A stretch of DNA of 64,000 nt, taken from IMG/VR virus record IMGVR_UViG_3300031957_002677, positions 1 to 64,000 of that record, one strand, 5' to 3'. This DNA comes from a virus. The notes below the pieces were generated by a model, which worked only from the letters and a program-made list of their open reading frames with translations, was not told the origin of the DNA and did no database searches. The position numbers and the translations under genes are program-made. Below, in pieces: positions 1 to 14,200 of this stretch; position 1 is the first letter of the stretch; each line of letters opens with the position of its first letter.

Positions 1-818
1 AAATCTACACGTGCATATGTATATCCTGTTCCACCATTTGAAATAGTAATAGAATCAACCTTCGATTGATTATCTACTACGATTGTTGCTTCTCCTCCAG
101 TTCCATCTCCAACAATATCGCAAATATATACTTGGTTTGGTGATCCAACATCAACTCCTCTAGATGTTACATTTGCAACTTTTAACTGACCACTGTTTGT
201 TGCATTTAGTCTTACTGATTGATACTCGTCTGCAGTGGACCAATTAGTTGGAACTGTAATATAATTTAAAGTATCGAATTTAATGATATCATTTGGATTA
301 ATAGTAAAAAGATATTTCCAAATATACCCATCACCACTAGTTCCAGCACTTCTTGGTTCTAAGTCAATAAAAGTTGGTTCATCCAAAGATGGTCTACCAT
401 TTGGATTTTCTGGATCAGTACCATTTTGTAAGCAAGAATAAACTTTAAAATCCTTATTGATGATAAAAAAGTTTGCAGAATATAAACTAGTTGCTAGTGA
501 TGGTTGAGAAACTTTATCCCTATTAATGTCGTGCCTATACATATCATAGGTAATACCTGATGTCCAAGTATTTTTCTTTAGAGCAAATCTGACATTGGTA
601 GAATCAATCTTCTTCAAACCAATAACAGTATCCCAGTTATGATTTTCCTGATCAAAATTATCTTTTGGTGCAGGAGGATCTTCATCCCAGGTAGTTAAAT
701 ATTCGTTTGGATTTGTCAATCCAACAAATGTATAATATGAATTATCAGCAGAAGTAATCTCACTAATGAAATTCTTAGCATTCAATATTCTAAGTTGATC
801 TGTTACGATTGCAGACAT
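1..818 (-). CDS. gp8: Baseplate wedge subunit gp8-like (5' part; runs off the window start)
   Basis: Not in the ORF track because it is truncated. ATG at 818 reads MSAIVTDQLRILNAKNF...; later SDGYIWKYLF motif; lies downstream of gp6/gp7; late-promoter motif ATAAATA at 836-842. Confidence 0.8.
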   Translation of the reverse strand, partial: MSAIVTDQLRILNAKNFISEITSADNSYYTFVGLTNPNEYLTTWDEDPPAPKDNFDQENHNWDTVIGLKKIDSTNVRFALKKNTWTSGITYDMYRHDINRDKVSQPSLATSLYSANFFIINKDFKVYSCLQNGTDPENPNGRPSLDEPTFIDLEPRSAGTSGDGYIWKYLFTINPNDIIKFDTLNYITVPTNWSTADEYQSVRLNATNSGQLKVANVTSRGVDVGSPNQVYICDIVGDGTGGEATIVVDNQSKVDSITISNGGTGYTYARVD

Positions 819-841
819 GATCGATTATTTTTAGTTATTTA

Positions 842-1705
842 TTAGGTTAATGGTAGGGTTGTTGAACCAACACCAGGTACAGTAATGATTAATTGATTTC
901 CAGTTGAGTCAACATTAATTTGTGCAGTAGTAGTTCCTGCATTAGTACTAATTCCTAGATTAGATTGAATATATCCAGAAGTAAGTGTTACATTACCATT
1001 GTCAAGTGAAATATCACCAATTCCAGTAATATCAAAATTATTAAGATCCAAATCAGCACCCAATTGGGGTGATCCATCTCCCAATAGATGAGTTGAAATA
1101 CCTGTTAAACTTGAATATGGATAACTGGTTGCATTGGACAAATCAAATGCTGGAGTTGCATCAGTATCACCAAGACTTAAGGATATTCCACCAATGCTAA
1201 TACTGGAGTTCGTTAATGCACCATTTGGTATATTAGTAAGTGATGCACCAGAACCTTCAAATGTGGTAGCAGTAACAATACCAGTTACATTGACTCCAGT
1301 TGCAGTTACAGTGACCGCAGAACCTACAGAAAGACCAGCATCAGTAAAAGTGCTTGCTGCACCAATTGTAGTAGAACTATAAAACGTAGAAACTCCCGTT
1401 ACAGTGATTCCTGCTCCAAGAACAGAAATTCCATCTCTTGCAGTAATCAATCCGACAGAATCAATATTAGTTACATCTTCATATGTAAGAGTTCCAGCAA
1501 TTCCTACATCACCATTGAAATATGCACCAGTAGCAGTGATAAATCCAACGGTTAAATTTGGATTTCCAGTTAGAAGATCTGTGCCATTTCCAAGAGCATC
1601 ATAAATTTCTTGAAAATTAGTGTTTACCTTAACGGCACCAACAAGGAGAGAATCTCCAGTACCGTCATTTGGTGTAGTTCCAGTTGATATACCTTGTAGA
1701 GCCAT
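842..1705 (-). CDS. Fibre/baseplate connector protein with gp9/gp10-like N-terminus
   Basis: N-terminal GTTPNDGTGDSL...KVNTNFQEIY motif resembles the T4 gp9/gp10 N-terminus; G/T/S-rich fibre segments; TATAAATA upstream. Confidence 0.7.
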   Translation of the reverse strand: MALQGISTGTTPNDGTGDSLLVGAVKVNTNFQEIYDALGNGTDLLTGNPNLTVGFITATGAYFNGDVGIAGTLTYEDVTNIDSVGLITARDGISVLGAGITVTGVSTFYSSTTIGAASTFTDAGLSVGSAVTVTATGVNVTGIVTATTFEGSGASLTNIPNGALTNSSISIGGISLSLGDTDATPAFDLSNATSYPYSSLTGISTHLLGDGSPQLGADLDLNNFDITGIGDISLDNGNVTLTSGYIQSNLGISTNAGTTTAQINVDSTGNQLIITVPGVGSTTLPLT

Positions 1706-1727
1706 TATAATAGACTATCTTTATGAC

Positions 1728-2279
1728 TTATTTATAAGCAGACCATTTAATCTTGTTTTTGCAACGAATTTCCATGTTTATAGAAACTCTCCATTCTTTG
1801 GTTGGAACGAAATTTGGATCATGATGCAAATCTCCAGGGAAAATAATTAAATCATCGTTTTTTGGTTGATAACATTCCCATTTTCCAGAATCTTGATCAT
1901 CCGTAAACATAATTGGTCCACATTCATGACCATTATGTTTTGGGACGTTCAAGTAATATACAGAATTGATGGTGCAATCATGAATATGTGGATTAAATGC
2001 CCAATATTCATTATTTGTGCAAAATGCCCAGCATTTGTCACTATTATCTGATTCATAATTTAAGTTACCAAACAACTCTTCCGATTTTTCAGCAAACTTT
2101 GCATACAAAATAGAAAATAACCCAGTTTGATCTATATCTATTGAGTTATTTGATTTATATGCACTTGAATCTCTAATTAAATGCTGTCTTCTACTTGAAA
2201 GAACATCATCAATCATGAGTTTTCTATCACTTTCACCGATTTTTGCAAAATCGTGTAGTATAATCAATGGCAATGTCAT
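1728..2279 (-). CDS. Putative 2OG-Fe(II) oxygenase
   Basis: HIH...NSVYYL...IIFPGDLHH...RVSIN double-stranded beta-helix motifs. Confidence 0.7.
   Translation of the reverse strand: MTLPLIILHDFAKIGESDRKLMIDDVLSSRRQHLIRDSSAYKSNNSIDIDQTGLFSILYAKFAEKSEELFGNLNYESDNSDKCWAFCTNNEYWAFNPHIHDCTINSVYYLNVPKHNGHECGPIMFTDDQDSGKWECYQPKNDDLIIFPGDLHHDPNFVPTKEWRVSINMEIRCKNKIKWSAYK
1729..1736 (-). promoter_or_regulatory. T4-type late promoter TATAAATA (variants NTAAATA at 836, 17066, 17761, 38253, 40114, 47703, 48085, 52170, 61789)
   Basis: The motif sits about 10-50 bp upstream of structural gene starts, often overlapping the previous stop codon. Confidence 0.7.
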
Positions 2280-2289
2280 TTCATTAATA

Positions 2290-5200
2290 TTAGTATTGAG
2301 TATATAGTTTAGTTCTTAGAGGGAATGTTCTACGAACGAATGGTGAAGTTGAAATTCCAGCAACACCGTTTATATGATAAGAACTAAAATCTAGAGGTTC
2401 ATTTCTACTCTTAGTTGGATGCCAATTAATTCTTCCCCAAGAGAAGTTTCCAAAGTATCCATTATCTTCACCAGTACTATCAAAAGTCAATAGAGTTGAA
2501 TCGAAAGTTTCTTGATCGTTATCAAAAGTACCAAGATTTTCTGCAAGATCAATAGGACCATCGACTAAAGTGGTAATTTTAACTATATCAGTTACCCCAA
2601 TTCCTGGAATAGACTCTGTGGTTCTATCAATATCATAAACTTGGAAGATGTTATTGAATTTATCTGTAGAAATACTGAGTGTACTACCATCATTATAGAA
2701 TGCTGTGATACCATTACCAACATTAGTTCTGGAAGCAGTAAAGTAATAACTTGTCACTAGACCAGTAATACCTTCAGTTGTAATTCCACCTGGATTAATA
2801 CCGATGTTCCTGATAAATGAATCTCTTGGAATATGAAGACTTAATTCTAATGCAGTTGAACCAACCCCAACGGTTGTATTTGCAACAGAAACAATATTTC
2901 CATAATCACCATCATATTCAACTAACCTAATAGGTTCACTGTATACTCTTGGTGGTTCAATATTCACATATGGTGCAGCAGTTCCAGTATAACCAAAACC
3001 ATTATTTGTTACTGTGATGGCACTGATAAATCCATTACTAATAGTACACTCTGCAGTTGCTTGCGTTCCACCAGGTGATGGAGGTCCAATTGCAATTAGT
3101 GGTGTGAATGTATATCCAACACCAGGGTTAGAAACTGTTACACTAGTAATAGATCCTAGACCAGAAACAATTACTGTTCCAAATCCAGTCTGTGTTTCAT
3201 CTTGAGAAATAATTTGAATTTGACCGAGTTTCTTACCTGCCAGATTTTCTTTATTATTATCAAAGAAAGTGGAGGTTGCTTCAACCCAAGCAACATTAGT
3301 ATCAACACCAACTGATTGAATTAGATTTGTTGTTGGGAAAATATATGGTTCATATAGTCTTCTATTTTTTCCTACATATTCACCATTAATAAACAAATCC
3401 TCAGTCTGTTTACATGCCATTATTGGACGTTCAATTGTTTCATCATTCAATCTTCCAATACCACTGTATGGGTTTGTGAGGAGAATATCAGAAGATAGAA
3501 TATCTTCTACCGTTCTCTTTTCCTCTGTTCTTGCTGGAGGATCATCCATAATACGAACTTTATCACCGATTTCAATTGGTTCTACAATATCAACCTCTTC
3601 AACATCAATATCTCTAGTTCCCCTATAGAAAATAATTCTAGAAGTATATTCTTCGGGAATTGGTTCAGCAAAGATGATCAAACTTCCACCCTTAAAGGTG
3701 TATGCTTGATTAGGAATCTGAAGAACATCATTAATAAAGATTAATAGTGTTGCAGAAACATCGATGTTACTTCCAGTTCTTGCTCTAATTGATAATCTAT
3801 CACCTTGGAAAGAGATGGGGAATACTCTTCTAATTCCATCAAATTGATTATCTAGACTATCCAACTGTTGAAGTTGTCCAAGTGACCAAGAATTAAATTC
3901 ATCACTATGAGTTTCAATAACAGTAATTTGGAATTCATCAAATGTCTTAGATGTATCCGTAGGAATGCCAGTAGTTCCTCCGATTGCAACAGTTAATATT
4001 TCACCTTGACCATAGGCATATCCATTATTGTTGAACTTAAATTGACCAACACTAGTATCTCTACTAACGAACATATCAATAGATGCAGTTCTTCCAATAC
4101 CTTCGTTTGGAGAATCACTAGAATATAATAAAGGAATATTAGTATAACTTAATGGTGAATCGAATCTAATTAGTGGTGGATTTGTACTTGTATACGCAGT
4201 ACCTGCATTAGTAATTGCAACTCCAGTGATATGACCATTGAGAGCAGTTGCATAACCAATAATTGAAACATCAGATGAGGTCTGTGCAATTACATTGATG
4301 TGAGTTTGAATGCCAGGTCTATATCCAGATCCACTATTGGCAATACTAACAGCAGTAATAGATCCAAATCCAGAAATTGTTGCAGTAGCACCTGCAGCAA
4401 CTAGAGGTTGATATCCAAGACCAGTTGTAGATCCAATATTTACGATTACACCACCAACAGGTAAATTGGGGACGTTAATATCTTGACCATCTGCCGCAGT
4501 AAAGTCATCTGCAGAAGTAGATCCATCAAATAGAACTTTAGTTTTTCCACCAACTTCAATAAACTCATAGTTTCCTGAAATTGAAGATACACCAGATCTT
4601 GTTGGTTGCTGGAAAATATCCTTAACAAGAACAATTGCATTATCTGTAGAGAGACCAACAACATCTTGGTCATTAACGGTCATATCAAATGAAGTTCTAA
4701 TACCAGTAAACTTGGTAGAAATATCATCAAAAATATAATTCTTAGTATAGGTCTCCTCAACTTCATCAATAATGCCAGATCTCATAAATGTCCTTCCATG
4801 GAAGTATGAGTTGGTTGTAATGCCAGTGTAGTCTCTCTCAGAAGGATCGACGAATGGAACTCCAAATTGGTTTACATCTACTGTTACTGGGACTTTACCA
4901 TATGGTGGAGATGTGAAGTTAATTGTAGATCCAGTGATCTTATAATCACCTTTTAGTTTAGTTACTATTGAACCTGCAGTATGAATACCAAGTTCGGTTC
5001 CTAACCAAGGTCTTCTAACTCTAATTTTATCTTGAGTTCCAACTCCTACTGTTTCTATCAACATTACTTCATCATCAATCTCAATGATATCATTTGCAAA
5101 TATAGAAGTAATTCCTGCAGTATTAATAAGAGTATCTGATAATGCAATGTCATCAGATACAGATGTTGTAATTGCCAATGAAACTATTGGAGACTGCATC

Positions 5201-8200
5201 ATATTATCAATTGTAAAGATACCCTTAGCATCTTTGTTGGTTCCAGTAATCTTATGTTGCGTACCAATACCAATACTGGTTAATGTTAATGTTTCTGGAT
5301 TAAATTTCAGAGAATTTTCTGCAGTATCGGCAAATTTAATTTTACTATCATTGACTTTTACAACATACAAATCAGTTGGTAGTTTATCTGTACTTCCAAC
5401 ACCAGCAATAGTAGTTGTAGAAATACCAACTCTGACATCATCTTCATTTGGAATTGTATATTTGACAAGTTCACCAGTAACGAAGAAATGGTTAGGTAGA
5501 ATTAAAACATTTTCATCAGTAGAAACAGTTGTTCCTAATGAGGTTGAATCAAATGTTCTTTCAAAGATTAAATCACCTTGATGTTTTAATTCAAAACTTC
5601 TCTTAATGTCATTTTCTGTTCCAGTATAAGTTCCATACAATGTAGAGAATCTACCATTGTCATAATTATAGAAATTGTTTGAAATACCAAGATCAACCAA
5701 CTGAAGTTGATGTATAAACAAACGAACTTCAATTTCTCTCGTAAATCCAGGATCTGCTGGATATGGTACAAATTCTAGTCTTGCTTTTCCAGATGTTACA
5801 TAACTGGTAAATGTACCTAGACCAACATCTTCAAATAATTCACTATTACTCACTCTACCAAATTCTGTAATGTATGCATCAGTTTCATTATGAGTAAAGA
5901 CTAGTTCAGACATTTGAACAATATTATTTGTTACATCTTCAATACTTGCATATACATTAAATCCTTTGTAAGACTTATCAAATTCTATAAGTTGAATAGA
6001 AGTATTGATTCCAGCAAATGGTGAAATTGATGTTGTACTTCCAAATCCAACGATAGTTTGTGTAGTATTGAAGGTACTAGAACCAATTGAAGTTCTTGAA
6101 GTGTCTGAAATTGCTACAACTGTAGATGATACATCATAGTTTGTTGATAATCCACTATTAGGTGTCAACTTAACTTCAATTTCGTTTCCATTGTATTCAA
6201 ATTGATATGTTCCAATACCAAGTGAAACATCTTGATTGGCAAAATTATCTGTAGCTAGTGTTGAAAACTCAATATTGTGAATATCAGTTCCATCATGAAC
6301 AATATTAAATTCGTCATATTGATAATATTGTAAATCGGAACTTTCTAAGGTTACTAGGATCTTAGCAGATGTATAAGAAGAATCAATACCTACAATCTTT
6401 GTAGAAGTTGATGTTCCTTGAGGTAGTGCTGCAGTTTGAATTCCAGCAAAACCAATTGAATCACTGTTTCCAATGTAATGAGTTGAAACTCCACTAATAC
6501 TATCTGAAATTGCATACTGATATCCACTGATGTTGTAATCGGTAAATTTAGACTCAATTGGATAGAATAGAAGTAATCCATTATCTTCAAATACACCAAC
6601 ATCAAAGTATCCATGGACAATATTGGTTTCGACTCTACCATATTGTGATAAGAATCCGTAAGTGTTATTGTGAATAACGTTCACAATAATCATTTGTCTT
6701 TCACCTGGGAACTTCTTATTGGAAGTAAACATTACATACTTCTTAGATCTAAACTTTCTCAAACTGAAAGTATCTACTGTTACGAAAGCAGTTGGTCTTG
6801 GATTACTATTAAACTGATCACTTACATCATCAACAATTAGAACTCTATTTCCAATCGACTCAAAGTAATCAACTAGAATTAGTGAATTAAATCTAATTTC
6901 ATCAGACAATTTGTTAAGAACATTATTTTCTGTTACTAAGTCAATATCACTAACGCAATTTAAGTCATAGTATGAGTCGAAATCAGAAATTCCTAAGAAA
7001 CCACTATTATTCTGATCTTTAGGTAATCCAGTGCTATTGATGCCGAGTTGATCATCATCGTCAGAAATTACTTGAAGTTCACTAAACTTCTTAAATCCTG
7101 CAGGATGTGCTAGAGATTCTACTGGTTCTTTCCAACTACTAATTCCTACTTCTGATTTTAGTGAATATGAAAAGTACTGATAATAGTCACTATCATGAAG
7201 TCTTTGTGTATCCTCATTTAAGAAACCTTTTCTATCATATGGTTTGTATCTATCGGCATTTGAAGAATCAAGTTTATATGTAAGTGAGGTAATACCAACA
7301 ACTTCAGTTAAAGTTCCACTAGACTGAGAGGTTTTTCCTCTCATAATATCACCAACACCATATCTTTCGGGGAAACTTGTAAAGACTTTTAAAAGTTCAT
7401 TTTTAACATCCCAAGAAACTACCAAATCTTCAGCAGTTCCATTAGTAACAATTTCATTTTCAAAATATTTGTTGGCAATCCTGTTTATTTTAAATATTGG
7501 GAATAGACTTTCTGGAATAACCCTACCAGATGTGATTAAATCATTAAATACACCTGGTCCAGCAGTTGTTTGAACAAAATCACCCATATTAAATGTGAAT
7601 GATGGTAGTTGACCACCAATATTTGGATCAGCAGTTTTTACAGTAAACAACTTTTTATAATCATAATCTGATGAATTATAACCCTCATCAGTAGATGGAA
7701 CTTTAGTTACCACACCCTCAACCATAAATTGAGATCCAACAGGGAAAGGCCATGCTGTAATCGTACTAAATCCAACAACATCCAATACAACTTCAACATC
7801 TTTAGTTCCACTATCGTAAGACATAGTTAAAACTTTATAACCATTACTATTGTTGATTGGAAGTAGTCTTGGTTCTACATCATATAAATTTTTAGTATTT
7901 TTAATTACCTTAACTTTAAAACCATCTTCATCTACATAACGTAAATCTACATCAGTAACAATTTTATTTGTATAACCATCAATAAGAACTAGATCTGGTA
8001 AAATTGTGTATCTGGTTCCTTTTTCAATAACATCGATATTTCCGATTGATGTTAGTGGGTCAATCTTATAGACTGTAGGTGTGTATGCTCTAGGTCTTAA
8101 AGTAGTATCTGAAGGGAATTCAAATCCAATATCATCAATTTCAATATTTTTGGAAATACCAATAGTGTTTGTTCTTGGGAATATAATTGAATCGACACCA

Positions 8201-11200
8201 GACTCAGACTCTACTTTTTCAATTAAAGGCAGTTTTACCAAATTAGAACCTTTAGAAATAAATGATACTTCATTAATTGGTCCAGAAGCAGTAGTTGAGA
8301 TTGTTGAATATGTTATAGTGGCAAGTCCAGTGACATAACTGCTTGAATCTGGTTCATCAAATAGTCGATATGAGAATGTTGTATCTGTTGGTTTTTTTAC
8401 ATTAAAACTTCCAGAAATGCGACTATCTATAAAGTTAATGGCATTTTTATTATCTAAATCTAAAGAACTCAATGAAAATGAAACTGGAACCTGTGGATTT
8501 TTAATAGGTTCTAGATTATAATAAAGTTTCTCAGGAAACTCATTATCATACTTTAGTTTAACAGTAGCATTAATATCAATACCTAGTTTACCAGTCTCTA
8601 TAACACTTAAATCACCATCTTTTCCTGAGGATAAGAATTGATGCTTAAGTTCTCTATCCCTGAAGAATTTGAGTTTGAAAGCAGAGTATCTAATATTATT
8701 TCTTACATATGAAAGACTAAAATCGGATACATCAAAAGTTAAAGTTTTATTTTTAACTAACTCAATTGGTGGATTAACCAATATCAATCTTCCAGTGGAT
8801 TGATTTGCAATGTCTACAATTCCACCGTTATTTGGTAGTAGTAATTTGATCTTATTCTTACTTACAATACTAACTTTATAAACACCATTACTTACTAATC
8901 CACCAGGAGGAACATCCGATTCAAAAATGACTGTTTGTTCATTTTGCAATCCATGGTTGTTGATTGTAATTGTATTAAATTTTGGATTAATATCTGCATG
9001 AACAATGTCAAATTTACCTACAGCAAACTTTTTATTTTCTTGATTATAAAAAACTGGTAATGATTTTTCAATATTTGGAAGACAATTTACAACAATTTCG
9101 TCATCAAAAAGTAAATTGTGGTTTTCACTAGTAGTTACAGTTGCTTCATAAGTTGTTACATCAACTCTTTGTACATTATCATATCTTGTAAAGAAACTGT
9201 GGTTATCACCAGCACCATGTCCAGTAAACGTAAGCAGTTCAGTAACACTTCCAAGACCAACTGGTCCAGTTGAACCAACACCTACTGGTCTAGAAGAAAC
9301 CCCAACATATCCATTCTTAAATGGATATGCATAATATGGTCTGTCTTTAATTAGATTGAAGTTGTCACCGAAAGATTCTACTGTTATTGGACCAGAATCA
9401 TAATCATAATAAATTTTGTCATTGATTGACAGAGTATTGTTGGGTAAATAAATTTTACCACCTTCAACAAATATCTGAGTGCTTCCAGCACCAGGATTGG
9501 GTATTGATAATGTAGAACCAGCACCTAAACCAACTGTTTCTCTGGGATCAAAATAATATTGAGTATTGTACAAAGATCCAGGAATAATATTGGTATCGTT
9601 AACAATAAAGTTTCTTGAATCTTCTGATAATGCAGTTCCTACTGGATAACTTGTTCCAATAGTCCCATTTACTTGTCTCTGAACTCTAAGTCTAGAGTTA
9701 TTAATATCAACATTCAGTACCTTAACTTTTTCTTCAAAACTTTGATATTTAATATCATATACATCATTTGGCCTAATTGGAATAATATTTTGAGTAGATT
9801 CAAGTCCAAATACGTCAAAATAAGTAACCAGTCCAGTTGTAGATGGTGATTCTATAATGATACCAGTTCCAAACCCAGATAATTTTAAGTCCCTATTTAC
9901 TACTATTAATTCTGCTCCAGTATCAGTCCCATCACTTAAATTAGAAATTCTTCCTGGACCAGTATAATTATTGTGTGGACTACTGCAAATTGCAACAAGA
10001 CCATTAGTTTTTGCGTTTAAGACAATTTCAGCATTTACAATTGAGGAGGTTGCTACAGAAACTTGAGTTACATCAGTACCACCAACACTTACAACTTTTG
10101 CAATCGGTCTCTTGGTGTTTAGACCACTTTCACTGAAAATAATTCTATCATCAACTTTATAATCTTTACCACCAGAAAATAGTAGTAACTCATCTACAGT
10201 TCCAGAAGATGCTGATTTTACTCTTGATTTAATATCAATAACAGATGTTGGATTGAAAATATAATTGTATCTACCAAATTCGGAAGATATATTATGTGGT
10301 GTAATATTCCTTAGAAGACCATACTTAGAGTAAGTTTCGCCATATTCTCCATTATTATCATTAAAGAAACTAGATTGTGTTATTGAAGAATTGAAATTAA
10401 ACTCGATTGGTTTGGATTTGTATCTTCCACCAATCACATATGGATACTCGGGAAGTTTAAAGTTTTTGAATGAAGAATCATTATTACCAATTGTGGTAAA
10501 GTATGCATAAACACCATTAGGATATTCAGGTGTTACGCAGAATCTTCCATTAAAAGTGTCTAGATCCCCATTACTGAACCATTCATAATCATTACAGAAA
10601 AATCCTAAAGGATATATTGTTACTGATGGTCTATTTGCAAGAGTTCTCTTTTTATATCCACTCTGCATTCTTTTAACACCACCAGTTCCATTTGGATTTG
10701 TATATCCATATGGACCATAAATTGGATTTCCATCATATGCCCATCCCAAAATTGGTGAATGTAATGTAGAATCCTTTTCTCTATTCAAATTATCCAGAAT
10801 TAAATCAGGATTAAAAGTTGTTCTACCGTTTATAACTCGTTTATTATAAACATTTTGTCTTAATTTTCTTGGAGCATAATAATGACCATATTGTAAGAAT
10901 CCATACCTATCAGCAGATTTAGTGGAAATTGTAGAATCCTGATATAGGAATCCATCGTCATCATATATTTGATTACTATTCAGAGATCTTTCTACTTCGT
11001 TAACATTCCATACAACAATTTTTGCTTTAAAACTAGCTCCTCTACCTGCAGAAACAACTTCAATTTCCACACTTTCATTATAATCTGCTCCACCATTTTT
11101 TACGATAACATCTTCAAGTCTTCCATCGTCACTAATAATTGGAATTAGATCAGCACCAAATCCATCACCATCAGTGAAAATTTGAATAGTTGGTGTGGAA

Positions 11201-14200
11201 ACATATTTTTGTCCAGAATTTTGAATAATAATCGATTTGATTTCACCATCAATAATAAATGGTCTTACAGACGCCAATTTTCCTGGTTCCGCAGTTATAT
11301 TTGGTTGTCTTTCGTAATTAAAGATATTTGTGCATCCATATCCAACACCATGACCTTCTAAGAATACATCTTTAATTTCTCCCCTAACAATAGGAAGAAC
11401 TTGTGGTTGAATGGATGCAAGGTCATTACCTGATGGTGTGATATCTATTTCAATATTTGGATATCTAAAGTATTGCCTACCAACACCAGGTGCTGATAAA
11501 TCGGCGTAAGTTCCTTGGTTATAATAATAATCTTTTGATAGAGTTCCAATACCAATAGATGATAGTTTAAAGTTATTATCATCTACTTTGGAAACATAAT
11601 AAGTTGTACCACTCGATAAACCAGAAATGGGTGTCGTAGTTGATTCGTATATAACTAATTCACCACTATTAAACCCATGATTTGGTATATTGATATTATT
11701 TGTATAAAAATCAATAGGTGTAGAAACTAAAGATGGGTCGTATGATACTTTTCTATATGTAAAGTCATCTGTTGAATAGATTACATTTAAAGATCCAATT
11801 CTTTTCTTTTTCTTTACAGAATCAAATTTGTGAAAACCTTCACCAAAACCAGTCAGGTCAATAGATTTGACGTTGTTTTTAGCATCGGATTCTGAATTAT
11901 GTAATGTGAATGCTGTGTTATCAACAATACCCACATAATAAATCGATTTATTTTTTAGACCACCAATTTCTTGATTGTTAAGTTCGCAGTTATAAATTAC
12001 CTTTTCACCAGGTACAAATAAATGATCTTCAAGTGTAATAATTGTATCAGTTGAAATACCTACACTAAATCCACTTGACGAATCAATGGTAACACCATGT
12101 GTATATGATTCCATCACTGGAGATACATCACATGCAGTTCCGTTTCCACCAGATACTTTTACTGTTGGATCGTTAACATAATTATATCCACCACTAAGAA
12201 TTTTTAGTTCTTTTACAGAACCTTGTACTATAAAGTTACCTGTAGCACCAATACCTCCAATATTAAGTCCGTCTGCATTCTCACCATCAAAAATTTCTAA
12301 ACTTGGTGGATTAATAATATCATAATCTTCACCACCAGAGAGAATCTCAATTTTTTCTATACCACCATAAAAAATGTTATTTTTTGATTTATAGTTTAAT
12401 AGTTCAACTCCATTCTTAAAAATGCCAATTTTTCCAGGAACAGTTTCTACAGATTCGGATTCATTGATTGGTGGTAAAATTCTTTTTACCAATCTCTTTG
12501 ATTTTAAGATAAATGGATCTCTAATATTGAGAACTTTTTCAATATCGAAGAAATCTGAATAGTAGAAAGTAGTGTCAGTAACATTTCCTACTATTGATAA
12601 GTACTCTTGCGTATAAACTCGGTTTAAACTAGTTGATAGTTTAATAATTTTACTATTAACGACGGTGACATAATACCTACCATTAGGTAAGTCTATAATG
12701 TTACCTTCACCATCAAATGTTTTTAATTTATTATCATCATCATCTTCAGAATAAATGATTGAATCACCAGTATAGAATGAATGGTTCCTCTCAGATATTG
12801 TTGATGTTGCATCTTGACCAACTTTTATTTCTTTATTGTTAGTTAAATCATTTGCAATATTTACTGTAAAAGTTATTCTCCTATCATTTGTAGACAACTC
12901 AATATTACCATAATTTGGTAATGAAGATGAAGCAATGAACATGTCATCTTCAAATGAATCTGGTCTATAGACATTTTGAACATCAGTTACATAATCATTT
13001 GCTTCTGGAAAGAATCTAAATTTTGATTTATTTAACTTTCTTTCGATAGTGAAAGTTTTTGGTGCTGTTAAGTCAACAAGAGAATCTGATGTAATGATGT
13101 ATTCATCAATATTATTTCTAGAAGAGATAGAAATATTATATGAATTATTACTATTATCAATTAAGAAAAATTTATCAAGAATAACTAAATCAAAATTGAA
13201 TTCTAATTTAATACGATATGTTTTATTAATACTACTTAGTAATTCTATGGATGAAATATTATAAGAAGGTGTTGAATTATAAATCCAATCATTATATTTT
13301 GCAGAATCTTCTCTTAATCCTAAAGTATTAAATTTAATAGGATCTCCTTCACTAAAATATGAACTTTCATCAGGTTCAATACCACTCAATACTTGAGTAA
13401 CTCTAAAATAAAGAGTATTATCATCTGATAACTCAACATATGCATATCTTCTAGAAGATAATAAAGTTCCTCTTTTAATATCAAAATCAGAATCATATAC
13501 ACCATAAAATTCGTTTACAGTGATATCATCATAGAATAATGTTTTTACTACAAATTCATTATTAACAACATTATATACATCAACAGACCCAGACTCTTCA
13601 AATGATATTGTAGAGTCTACATTTATGAATTCTGGCCATTCACCATTGTCTTCGAGATAGTCTTCTACAACCTTAGTTGTTGATGTAGTTACAAATTTTC
13701 CAAAAACAGTACCATCAACACTAATATCCTTATCATAATCACTATCAAGACTTACAATGTAATATCTAACTCCATTTCTTTCAATTCTTTCAATATTAGT
13801 AATAGTTCCATATGCAGTAATATTATCTGGTTCATCAATAGCATCAAATTCTGGTTGCTTTAGAGTTCTATGTAAAAGAACATCACTATAATCTACCGTT
13901 TGATCTGTAGAATATAAGACTAAATCTCTAGTTTTTCTATTGGATGAAGCACTGGGTTCAAAAACATATCCTGATGGTGATATAACATCAACTGGTTTAT
14001 TATATAATGCTTTGAATAATATTTTAAATGATTGACTAGTTCCTTTAGACCTATAGAAATCACCAACTTGTTTATAAAATAGTCTCTCATTTACATCAGA
14101 ATTTAAGATTCTATCTTCAAATCCTGGAGCAATAAGAGTTTTTAATTTACTAAAAAACTCATTGAATAGTAATGAACTTAAATTCTCAACTAATTCACCA